From contig MNCI01001758.1 of the NCBI GenBank assembly GCA_015680685.1, positions 1 to 64,000 of the forward strand: a stretch of 64,000 nucleotides of DNA, read 5' to 3'. This stretch comes from Gnetum montanum. Lineage: Eukaryota > Plantae > Gnetophyta. Positions 40,201 through 52,299 of this stretch are shown here, in pieces (the first letter of the stretch is position 1; the number at the start of each line of letters is the position of its first letter). A program made the translations under genes and the position numbers. The notes under the pieces are model-generated. The model worked only from the letters and a program-made list of their open reading frames with translations. It was not told where the DNA came from and ran no database searches.

Positions 40201-43200
40201 TCATGGCTAGTATTAATAAGTGGATGACTAGGATCCATGCATGTATGAAACGTTAAGGGTCTGTCATGCCCCAACCACTAGGTGTCTATTGGTGGTATGG
40301 TGGCTAGGTAGAGAAATCATTGATCACACACTTGATTATAGAAAGCATAGTGGGATAGGTTAGATTATGTGTGTACATTATGATGGAAATTTGACCCACT
40401 ATAACACCCTTGACTAGATGGAAGTATGCATGGATCTATGTGTCCCTTCACATTGGTGAATTCACTGGATGTTGGCATGTGATGTGGATGCCTGGGTATG
40501 GTGACAGGGGCTATTGATGGGGCTAAGGAAGGTGTGGCACCAGGTTTTCCTTGGCCTGGTTTAGAAGGTGAAGTAGATTTAGAAGTATGATTCTTCTTCT
40601 TACGATCATGCCTAAAGAAAGGATGCTTCCCATGTTGCATAGGGAACCTACTTCCATTAATCAAAAAAACACAAGTTACATTAATTGGTTGGCATGGTGG
40701 TGTAGAACCATCTAATGCATATGATGGTGGTGTAGAAGAAGGTGAAGGATGGGAATACCAAGGGTGATGAGGAGTGTGAGAAGTATGAGGTGGTGATCCC
40801 TCAGGAGAAGACATGGGTCGATGGTACTCAGGAGAGTGATAACGGTGATTGGAAGTAGAGGATTTAGAACTGGTTGGAGAAATGGGATGTTGGACATAGT
40901 AGGCATTTGGTTTTGGTGGATAGGAAGGATGTGGCTGACTAGATGGTGGCCTTCCACATGCCTATGATTTTTTCCACTGCGGTGGAGCAAAGTGTTAAGG
41001 TTGGTAATAGTTCCCCCTAGGATAGTATAACGGGTTATGGGGTTGTCCATAATTACCTTGTGGAATAGGGATGCACCTAAATCGATACCTTTGTATAACT
41101 TTTGGGTGCAGCCTCCTTGCCCAATGCTCATATAGATGTGATAAGACTGGGCAACAACCATTTGGATGGTCATATAAACAGACATCACATCCATCCTCAT
41201 TATCTGTAGTTGAGCCTTTGGCCTCATTACCCTTAGCCATACTCCTTGGTTTCTGAATAGTGTCCCTAATTGTTTTTTATTTCTATGCCCTCTATTTGTT
41301 TTAATTGCTAGGTTTATTTTGGATGACCCTCTCCTTAACAATGTCTTCTAAGTTCACACTTTTTTCATTTGCCCATGTGGTCATCTTATTATGCTTTGCC
41401 TCAATTTCATCTATTAATTTCTATATTGGCAAAGGTTTGGACCATATCACTCTTTCAGAATTAATTGTTTCCTTTTCATTGTGGCTTTGGACCCTTGTTG
41501 TTTCTAGAGTTGGGTCCTACTCAAATGCTTTGGCATTCTCCCATTTAGATAATTCTCTCTCTTCTTTCACCAGATGCTCTATTAGTTCTTTGACCTAGTG
41601 ACCTTGGAGCTTATATAGTTGTCCTTGGGCATACTTTCCAAGGTTCACCCTTGTTTCATTGCTAATCCCATCTATAATGTGGAGTATTTGCTCTTTCTCA
41701 GAGAACCTATGACTTGAAAATTTATTTAGTAGGGCATAGTATCTATCTAAGGCCATGTCCAAGGGTTCTTGTTGTTCTTTTTTTCATCTTTGGATTTCTC
41801 TCCTCAAGGTGGACACTTGTACATAAGTATAGTATCTTTTAGTGAAAATTTCTAGCATGGTTGACCATTGTCTAATCAAGTTTGATTCCAATGATCTATA
41901 CCACATTTTTTCTTTATCGATTAGTGTCCTAGGAAAGAGCTTAAGCTTTTTCCATTTACTATTTACATTGTTGAGCACACAAGCATCATGGAAGGCTTGT
42001 AAATGATGTTGTGGATCTAAATCATAGCCCCCTGAAAATTTTGAAATATTATTCAGGTCAAGCTTAGGTAGTCAACTCTTCCTATGATGCCTATGAGATA
42101 TCTTAACAGCCTCTGTAATGTGCATTAGGCTTTTAGGGACTAAGAGGGGTTTATGATCATCATCAAACAAGTGGTGATTAACATATCTATTTAATTGATG
42201 GTGATGATGGGACTTGTATTCATGTTGATGACCTTGAGTATGTCTGTGGGTTCGATTTTTGATTTTACTTTGACCCTTTCATGGAGCTCTATCTTTATTC
42301 CTACATTCATCTTTGTCAAAACTAGATGTTGAAGTTGAGGCAGAAGATGAAAAGGAAGAACTAGTAGGATAGCCATGTCTTCTATAATGGTTCCTTGGTT
42401 TATCATTTCTAAGTATTGAGGAGGTCTTAGGCCTTCAGTCCTCCCCTAATTTAGGATTGATGTCATCTCTTTTAAGATTTCCTAACTTAGGTGAATGTAG
42501 TCTTCAATTGTTGTTAGGGTGGCCATGGTCATGAAAAATCCCTTCATAAGATGGATCACCCCAATCCTTTTCATTGTATAATTTGTTAGTTCTCCAATGA
42601 ATAGTTGCACTATGTAGTTCATAATCATTTCCACATGAGTGAGACATTGTTGTTGATTCATGGTGTGTGTTTGAATACTTTTTTAAAGATATATCATTAA
42701 TACCCTTTTATAGTGATCTTGTATAATATAGCTAATCTAGATAACTAGCACCATCCTCGGCAATGGCTCCAATGATGAGTGGCGACGTACCCCTATGCTC
42801 AACCATATGAATACAAGCATGTACATGCAATCCTTTCAAACTCCATAGATGAAATAGTTGTAGCACCTACACAATTATACATTGATCACAATTTATTGTC
42901 TTCCGACTTGGACTAGTAGTAGCTTTGTCATGTATGGTTTATTCCAAAGTGAGGCATAAGATTTTTATTATTTTGTGTTTTATTAATTTGATCACCTAAA
43001 ACAAAAATAAAAGTGAGAGTAATTAAGTGCTATGTAAACTATTGCCTAATCTAGCCTAACACAAGTAACTGTCCCCACTTTCCAAACACATTGTGAACTT
43101 TGAGTAACATTGTTGGGTTGTATAATGCTAACCATTTCTGAGCTACCAAGTGTCACATGTATGTTCAAAGGGGTCGTGCTTATGTATTTTAATTAATTTC

Positions 43201-43635
43201 TTGATTAATCAAAACTAAGTACTAAATGAATAACATTAAATGTAAACTACATGAAAGCATGATATATAAATGCATAAAGAAAGAAAGTCACAAGTGCTGC
43301 AAGGATGAATCAAAGAGCTCGTCTTTATTGCCAACACAATGGTATGTTTAGGTACATCAATCCTTAAATAAAGATCCAATTACACTTAGACCTCCTATTG
43401 CAGTCACTTGGAAAATATTCTAAATCTTAAATGGACAAACTACAAGAGTTTCGCTACCTAACTTTAAAAACTATCCAATCATGCACTCAGGTGTTGTATT
43501 TATAGACTTGGAAGTAACCCTACGATATGAAATGTACAATATCACATCTTGGGCCACAATATCACCTACCCAATATCGTGTACTTGATATCGCAGCCGCT
43601 CCAATATCGAAGCTCATGTAAAACACGATTCATCA
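37298..43635 (-). mobile_element. Athila-like element B: complete, gag-only, non-autonomous (6338 bp)
   Basis: LTRs 37298-38146 and 42773-43635; TSD GTATG at 37293-37297 and 43636-43640; tRNA-Asp PBS 42754-42771; PPT from 38147; decayed gag (WKKLKLFPRTL..MWYRSL; CDVCLYDHPNGCCP); no RT or INT. Confidence 0.95.
40230..42647 (-). pseudogene. Decayed gag of element B
   Basis: ORF fragments 41784-41978, 40995-41240 and 40365-40814 are homologous to the gag of elements C and D. Confidence 0.85.
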
Positions 43636-46600
43636 GTATGGCTAGAATGAATTTCTCATGCTATGTAAATGTCTACTCTCATTAACATTAAAAAAAGTAT
43701 TTTTAATGAATTTATATTGGATTCTAGCCCATAAGCTATATGCAAATATACAAAGAAAGAAAAAAAATCCCATATTGAAGCATACAAGAGTAGCAACTCT
43801 ATGGAAATGCTAAAAGATTTAGCTTATTTTAATAAGGATCTTAGAAATAATGGAAATATTAAGTATGGGAATAGCTCAAAAAATATTTGGTAGCTAAACA
43901 CATTAGCTTGCTCATCAATTTTTAAAAAATTGACATGAAAAGCCAAGATTTTGAGCTATATTTGATTATATAATACACTATAATACAACATTAGATAATC
44001 AAGAACATATTAATCAACTCCATATAAAAAGATCATGGGGGAAAATAAAATCTAAAATATTATTCCTTCTTATCTTTTAGATTAATAAAAATAGATTTGT
44101 GAAGCTAAAAGAATTGGTTTTAGCTTAAAATAGGATCAACATTAATGCAAATAATTAATCATAGATCACTAAGTTAAAAATTTATTATAAAAGCTTTATA
44201 GAATGAATGAATTAGAGAAATTAGTTTAATATTAATGAGCTATGTCATCTTGTGGAGTTAGAATGGATTCATAGAATCAAATATTGGTTCTACAAAGAGC
44301 TCTTAAATTAGTTATAGTAACTACATTAGCTTAATTAAATTTATGAAGTAAAGGAAAATTATTTAACCAAAGGACCAGTTAGCTCTACATGCCATGTTAG
44401 CTTGTAGAACTATGAAATTTTAATAGAATTAAAAAGTAGTAATACAAGTTAGTTCTATAAGTGAGCCCTAAAATAGCTCTGTAATCCATGTTAGTAAATG
44501 GAGGAAAGTATGTATAACCAAAAAGTATTTCTATAAAGAGATTTTAGATTAGTTCTACCATGTTAGTTGAAACACCACCAAGAAAACTCATGTTGAAGTC
44601 TTCTTGGCCTTGTAAACTTCACCCCATGAAACTCAATGCTGGAATTTCATTGTAAAATGTGAAGATTGTAACCCATGAGATGCAATTTCACATAATTTAA
44701 CTTTGGGGGTTGAAAAATGCTTCATAAGTTGTTATAGCCTCACTACCCAAGTGGGGTCCTACCATGTCTATATTTGGGCTTAGGAAGGTCAAAAATGCCT
44801 TTTGGACTTTCCAAATTGGCATTTTCATGGGTTTTGTAGGGGGTATGACCTTTGCTATGCTAGAAGCACCTATGCCTAGTGTTGTGGGGTTCAACTGTCA
44901 TTCCTTCAACTATGGTCGACATAGTCACCATAAGGCTAGTGTTGCCACATCAAGGCCAACATTAGAATGGTTGGGGTTTCCATCTTTAGTAAATCTCAAC
45001 ATTGCCCCTACAACTCTAGCATTGCTACTAGAAGGTCAACGTGGATGGAAGAAGCTAGTGTGGATGAAAAGTCCATTTACTATTTTTAGTAACTACAATG
45101 GTTTTGGTGCCTTGTGGGGTGTCAAAACTTACCACAAATAGTAGATATGCTAGAATCAAACACCTGCCATACCTGCATGTGACATCAATTAGTTAGAAAT
45201 CATGGAAAAAGTTTACAGCCAAAATTCAGCAATTCTATAACCTATATAAACCAACTCCAAAAATTATGAAAAGGTTCCACCCCTTTTGAATTCCTAGGTT
45301 TTTTGAACTTAGAGCAAACAAAAATATTTTGAAGAAAATTCTTGAAAATGGAACTTGAAGTTATTTTAGACCATTTATAACCTTGAGGCTTATGTGAGAT
45401 ATTTTGAAGTAATGTTGGGCTACTTGGGCATCAAGACTCCCGATATAGTACCCTCCTTTGTCAAAAAAGTCCTTCACATACCTTACCTCTTTGTAACCAG
45501 TGATGTAGATCTGTGGGAGAAACCTATGAGGTGTTTTAGTTTTGGGAGTTGAGAAGTATTTGGAGTGTGGAGTTAACTATGATGTATGAAACTACAAGCT
45601 TCATAGGCTTCAAGCTACATCAAGGCAAATCCCTCATGCCCCCAAGCACTACTTGTATACTTTTCAAACTCTATTTATTCATAATATTTTCATTGTAATA
45701 AATTCCATAGTTCATTTGCTATGCAAGTTATCAAAATTTTTTATTATGCACATTATTGTACATTAGATTTGCATTACTTTTTATCACTATTTTACCCTTG
45801 TTTACACTCTTCAAGTCCTTGGGTGATTGGTCAAATTGTCTAGGGTGCCTCGGATCCTCTTTCACATAGGTCCTTGGGATCCAAGGTCAAAACTATTTTG
45901 TGCCTATGATTTTTGATTTTCTGGTCACTGGATTTATCAGGTGGAGGGACTTTGCCCAAGCTCTTAACCAAATCCTACTTTTCCTTTTTTGAAATATTTT
46001 TTTCTTTTTTTCTTTGACCAGTTTGAACCCTAAAAATTTACATTAAAATTTTTGCTAAGAAAAACCAATGTTGTTGCCCATTTTCCTACAATTAAAACCC
46101 AGTGTAGGGGTTGCAAGTGATTTGGGATTTTATAAAATTTTCATAGTAGTTGCTGGACTTTTCAAAGCCAGCATGGTTGATAGTTAAACTTACCTTTATA
46201 TGCTTCAAAGGCCAGCATTGCTCTACTCTAACCACCTATACTTCCCTACTGTGAAATTTTGTGACAAAGCTAGCATTACTTTCTTTAAGGTCTACTGTAG
46301 CTCTTTGAAAAACACAAAATTTTACATCCACTTTTTCAAAAAAACAAACATCATTTCTGGGCAAGAGGGGGAACCATAATGTAGTGCAAGTGGGTGAGAT
46401 AATTGTTTATACCTTATCCTCTTTCCCCTCCTCTAGCATAGCCTTTATTGGTAAAGCTAGCATAGTTGGTTGTTCCAACATCAAAATTGTTGTATTTTTC
46501 TCAAGTGCAAGGCATACCCCTTGTCACTACAATTTGCACTACACCTTACAACATTTTTTATAGCCATATCCCTTTTAAACCTTACAAAATTCTACTTGCT

Positions 46601-47094
46601 ATAATTTTTGTTTAATTAATTAAAAATTAAATCAAACACTACCATCTTTCTTCTTTTACCAAACTACCCAGTTTAGTTTTTCCATAAGGGGAAACATGCT
46701 AACATACTTTTAAACAAGGAAAAACAAACTTGCCTTTTATAATACCTAGCTATTTTTGGAAAATTACCAACGTATCTTTCCAAAACTCAACATATTACCA
46801 ATAATCATTTTTTTCACATTTTAATTTTCACATCTACAACTTAGTTTTTCAAAGCCTAGCTTGATTTTTGGTAGTCCAATATAGTTTTATTAGTGCTGAT
46901 GAGCAGCTAGGTACCCCTACACTCAACCATACAAATACAAGTGTTCATGCACAATCTGGTCGAACTCTGTGGATAGGCTAGTTGTGGTATCTAGATAGTT
47001 ACACATTGATTGTAGTTCACTCTCTTCCCACCTAGACTAGTATTTTCTTTGTCACGTCTAGTTTAGTCCAGAGTGAGGCGTATGATGTGATCCT

Positions 47095-47178
47095 NNNNNN
47101 NNNNNNNNNNNNNNNNNNNNNNNNNNNNNNNNNNNNNNNNNNNNNNNNNNNNNNNNNNNNNNNNNNNNNNNNNNNNNN
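47095..47178. other. Assembly gap (84 N) within the left LTR of element C
   Basis: The sister LTR has 211 bp (51580-51790) between the same flanks. Confidence 0.95.
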
Positions 47179-49329
47179 TGTGATTAAGTCGTACTCATTC
47201 CGTAGTTAACAACAAGAATAGTAAATGATGGTAAAGAAATATCAACTAAGAAAACAATAAATAATAATAATAATTAATGATAACAATTAAATAATTAAAA
47301 CTAAGTGAATGCTGCAATGATGAAGTAATCTCGATCTTTATTGCCGATCATGTACATGTCCAAGTACATCACACTCGAATAAAGGTTCCATACAATTACA
47401 AGCATCACATTGCGAGCATGCACTTGGGAAAATATTCTAACTCTTGTGGAAACAAACTGCAAGATCTTCACTACAATTGATCCAAAAGATGCCTAGGTGT
47501 GGTGGAGGGCCACTTATTTATAGGCTAGAATAGACGTTGGGTAAAGGGGGTTGTGTATACGGGGCCTAGTATATGCAATCCCTGAAAATCATGATTCATC
47601 ATACCCCCACAACTGAATAACAACTCATCCTCAAGTCAAAGAAAGTGAGGAATAAGCTCAATTGAATACATAGTGGATGGGTATGAGATTATTGACTGAC
47701 TAGGAATTTATTCATGCCACAGTGGAGAATTAAACAAAATTTGGACACAGACACAAAAGACAAAACTTGTGGAACTCATGGGGTTCCTAGTAGCGGTGGC
47801 TCCTCCATGGGTGCCTTTTCTTTGTTCCACATGCTAGGCTTCTAAGATTGATATCATTGAAGAAGCACCTAACATTGCTCCTCATCTATTTGAGGATTAC
47901 AAGCCGTTCATGCTAATGTTCCAATGTTTGATGAGGTTGGCATTTTTCATGGGCACAACAGCTGCGGGAACACATGATTGGCCTTAACATGCATGCCACT
48001 GATAGCCATTGTTCCTCTTCATACACTCTAGCCCTGACCTCTCCTCCTTTTTCTTGGATGTATTATGTAGTAATAGAAGTTTCATGATGGATGCTGAATG
48101 ATTGTGCCTTCTACTCTGCATGTTTTGCATGAGGTCCTTGGCCTCTGCCTCCCCAGGTCATTCAGCTGCACATTGAGAAGGTCCTCCTTGTTGTCTTCTT
48201 TTAGGGGCCATCTATAATCACACAAAGATTGATTATTAGTAAGGTTATTGAAGAAAATTTCAATGATTTCATACCTTACTCATTGCCTTTAATAATACTG
48301 AATTATTTACTAAGTGTGATTTCAGAGTTAGAAATTTTTCAAGGAAGTTGCCCTAAAAGTTTAATGTCGGACCTGGTTTTGAGGAACGTTTGATAAAATG
48401 ATGACAATGAAAAGAATAGATTTGGAAATGAAGTACTCAGAGGGTATAAGATGATGTGGTGGTGTGTAACAAGTACAAATTACAAAATTCACGCATGTGG
48501 GTCCTCCCCAAAGCAGGTTCCAACCTATATGCCCTTACGTAACCACACCTTAGGATGTCCGTAGGCACTAGAAGGGTTAAATGTAATCTATAAAGATGCA
48601 ACAAAACACATACATGTTGATACCACTATGATGAGGTATGAATTCAATGCTGTACATGACACGAGTCACAAATACATGAACAACGAGATGGAATGAACTG
48701 GAGAAGGGATTGCAGAGATTGGAATGTGAGGTAACTGACTCAAGGCACAATGAAACTTGAGTGTAGGGCATGATTAATGTGTCATTAGCCTATCATTCCA
48801 AAATCAAGACCAAGTCCATTCCTCTGATTAGTGACATCATATCATTTCATCCAATGATGGACAACCATAAGAGCACCATGATAGCAAGGCATATGATCAC
48901 TTGGCGTTTTGTTCAAGGGAGAAGTAACTTGGAACTTCTTTGCGGCATACTTTTTGTTTGGCCGCTTTGGCACACTCTCTTATTTCTTTCTTTTTTTGAT
49001 TTTTTGAAAAGCTCATCTTTCTTTGGTGCCTTTAATACTCTTACTCCCATTTTCTATTAGATCTACAAGGATCTTAGTACAAACAAGCTGCATGATAGCA
49101 CCTACAAATNATGAGTCACATGAGTGTTTTATTTGTAGAGGAGATTACTCATAAAAAGATAAAAAGACAAAAGGATAAAACAATAAATTAAAAGGTGAAA
49201 AAATGGAAAACAAAAAGTTGAAAAATTAAAGAAACAAGAAAAACATTTATTAATTTTGTGTTGTTAGAATGGAGGATACCCCCCATAACTAAATGGTTGA
49301 GCATGTCTAGAATTAATAAATGGAAGGTG

Positions 49330-51242
49330 GGGATCCTTTCATGTTGAAAATATTGGGAGCTAGTCATACTTACCCCATTGGGGTTCACACACTTGATTAG
49401 AGTTGACATAGTGGGACAAGTTATAAGATGTGGTTAATTTATAAGAAGTTAGCCCACTATGGTACTTGTGACCGTAAGATGGTATGCAAGGATCAACATA
49501 TCTCCCCATGTGGCAATATTCATTAGGCCCCATGGTTGTTGGAGTATTGAGTGGTGGCCTTGATAACGTAGCATGAGGCATTGGGTTTGAAAAGGAAGAT
49601 GCACCACAGTGTTGGATTTGTGTTGAGTTGGCAGATGCAATGGTTTTTGAACTGTGGTGTCCCTTTTGATGGTCACTTCTAAAGAAGGGATGCCTTCAAT
49701 GTTGTGGAGGACCTCCACTACTATTGATAGTAGTAGCACAAGTAACATTTGTAGGTTGGTCCTGTGGTGCAAAATCTTCTGGCATAGCTAGCGGTGATGT
49801 AGAAGGGGGTGAATTATGAGAATATTGAGGTTAAGGAGAAGTGTAAGGCACATGAGGTGGGGATTTTGTTGGAGAGGACATGGATGGATAGTATTTAGAA
49901 GAATGATAATGATGAGGTGAGGTAGAGGATGCTGATCTTATTAGAGAAATAGGGTGTTGAACATAATAAGCATTTGGTGCTAGGACATACGAAGGGTATG
50001 GTCCAGTTGGCGGTGGCCTCCCCCACAACTGAGGTTTTTGCCACTGTGGTTGGACACAGTATTTTTGTATGAACTCTGGATGTAACATTCCTCTCCAATG
50101 CTCATATAAATATGAAAATATTGGACATTGACCATTGGGGTGATTGTACAAGAAAATATTACATTGATACATATGATTGGCAGTTGAGTTCTTATCCTTA
50201 TTATCTTCTACCCTTTGTTTCGATTGTCGTATGGTGTCCTATCCTATTTCTCGATTTGGCATAGTTTTTCCTCTAATAATGTTGGCATATTCTCCACATA
50301 TTTCATGTACCCAGTCTATCATCTTATTGATCTTTGCCTCAATTTCATCTAGTGATTTTAGGATTGGCAAAGATGATTCCACTTCCTCGAAGTGAGTTAA
50401 TTTCTCCTCTTCAAGATTATGGACCCTTGTTGAGTTAAGATTTTGGCCCTATTGAGAACTTTCAACATTCTCCCATTTGGCTATTTCTCCTTCTTATTTT
50501 TCTATCTTCTTAATAAGCTCTTGGAGTTGATGGGTTCATAGCTCATTTAGTTGACCTTGGGCGTAGTTTCATTACGGAGCCCATCTATGATATGGTACAT
50601 TAGCCTCTCCTCGGAGAACCCATGGCCTGGGCAGTTGTTTAACCGTGCATAATATCTTTCTAAGGCCATTTCCAAGGGTTCATGTTGCACTTATTTCCAT
50701 TCTTGGATTTGTCTCCTCAAGGCTGACACTCTCACATAGGTTTGATATCTTTTGTTGAAAAGTTCTACCATTGTCGACCAACATCAAATTGATTTTTGTT
50801 TTAACAACCTATACCATACTTTTGCTTGGTTCATGAGTGTCAGAGGAAAGAGCTTAATTTTTTTCCACCCATTATTAATATTTTTCCATGTACAGGCATC
50901 GTAGAAGGCTTGTAAATGTTGTTGCGAATCTGAATCATAGCCTCCTAAAAACTTGGGAAAGTTGTTTAAATCAAGCATGGGTAGACTACTTTCCTTACGA
51001 TGCCTGCGGGCTATTTGAATAGCCTCTTGTATTTCTGTTAAGCTTGTAGTGGCCAGTAGGGGTTCATCATCACTAGGTATGTTATGCTTTCATGCATTGG
51101 GACAATTTTGTCTTCATTTATGTTTATAAGAAAGCCCCACCTCAGGTTGTGTACTCCAATCTTCATTGTCATAATATTCATTTTTTCTCCAATGAATTGC
51201 CTCACTAGATGTGGAATTATTATAGTCTTGTAGGAGAGACAT
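49330..51242 (-). pseudogene. Decayed gag of element C
   Basis: ORF fragments 50784-50978 and 49831-50172 (CNIFLYNHPNGQCP knuckle) are homologous to elements B and D. Confidence 0.85.
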
Positions 51243-52299
51243 GGTTGTAAATTTATGTGTGATTTAATTACAATTATTATTATTATTTTTCTGAAAGATA
51301 TATCATCAAGGCTTTGTTACAGTGATCTTGTATGATGTAACTAATCTAAATAACTAGCACCATCCTCGGCAACGGTGCCAATGATGAGTGGCTAGGTACC
51401 CCTACACTCAACCATACGAATACGAGCGTTCATGCACAATCCGGTTGAACTCCATGGATAGGCTAGTTGTGGTATCTAGATAATTACATGTCGATCACAG
51501 TTCATTGTCTTCCCACCTAGACTAGTATTTTCTTTGTCACATCTGGTTTAGTCCAGAGTGAGGTGTATGATGTGATCCTAAATTAGTGCTACTCCTAGAG
51601 ACAATGGAAAATAATATTGATTAAACTAATGAGTAATAGGAAATGAAGTCTAAACTAACCTAAGTGCGATGAGCATCCATTCCTTAATCATCCGTACACA
51701 TCTTGAACCTTGTGCACAACTACTATTGGGATTACCAAGCGTAGATCCTAGGTATGCTACTGGGTTACCAAGTAGTCACACTTAAATGCTTGTGATTAAG
51801 TCAGACTCATTCCACAGTTAACAACAAGAATAGTAAATAATGGTAAAGAAATATTAACTAAGAAAACAATAAATAAAAATAATAATTAATGATAACAATT
51901 AAATAATTAAAACTAAGTGAATGCTACAATGATGAAGTAATCTCGATCTTTATTGCCGATCATGTACGTGTCCATGTACGTTAGACTCAAATAAAGGTTC
52001 CGTACAATTACAAGCATCACACTGCGGACATGCACTTGGGAAAATATTCTAATGCTTGTGGAAACAAACTACAAGAGCTTCACTACAATTGACCCAAAAG
52101 ATGCCTAGGTGTGGCGGAGGGCCACTTATTTATAGGCTAAAATAGAAGCTGGGTAAAGCGGGCTGCATATATGGGGCCTAGTATACGGGGCCACGTATAC
52201 GAGGCCTAGTATATGCAATCCCTAAAAACCATGATTCATCAAGTGCCAATTAATTCCCTTTCACAAATCAACCATTCTACCACTAGAATTTGCATACAT

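Larger units (their letters stand above)
34770..44560 (+). mobile_element. Decayed Ty1/copia element, interrupted in integrase by element B
   Basis: LTR end ...ccaaca (35153) then PBS tggtatcaaagc (35158-35169); gag CAKDMWDSL (~35585); protease SWVVNSGSSNYM (~36354); LWHKR and CDVCIHG (~36838-36963); INT KPFELLHL...IGGTSYF (~37007-37080). Confidence 0.85.
46897..52241 (-). mobile_element. Athila-like element C: complete, gag-only, non-autonomous
   Basis: LTRs 46897-47601 (contains the N gap) and 51382-52241; TSD AGTGC at 46892-46896 and 52242-52246; PBS TGGCACCGTTGCCGAGGA at 51363-51380; PPT from 47602; decayed gag (PKFLGGYDSDSQQHLQAF...KLFPLTL); no pol. Confidence 0.95.

Noticed and set aside
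40712-41341. Longest ORF in the track (209 aa) as a novel protein
   Set aside because: Its N-terminus is gag-derived and the rest is an off-frame reading of decayed gag; the Zn-knuckle frame is 40995-41240.
44764-45141. 125-aa ORF with a similar ORF at 63000-63203
   Set aside because: The similarity follows from lying in LTR copies; the frame is shorter in the second copy and no domain is recognisable.
46896-46910. CTGATGAG as a hammerhead ribozyme core (retrozyme)
   Set aside because: It is only the last TSD base plus the LTR terminus TGATGAG; no matching GAAA core or stems were seen.
47095-47178. Apparent length difference between the two LTRs of element C
   Set aside because: It coincides with the N gap (84 N versus 211 bp in the sister LTR), so gap mis-sizing explains it.
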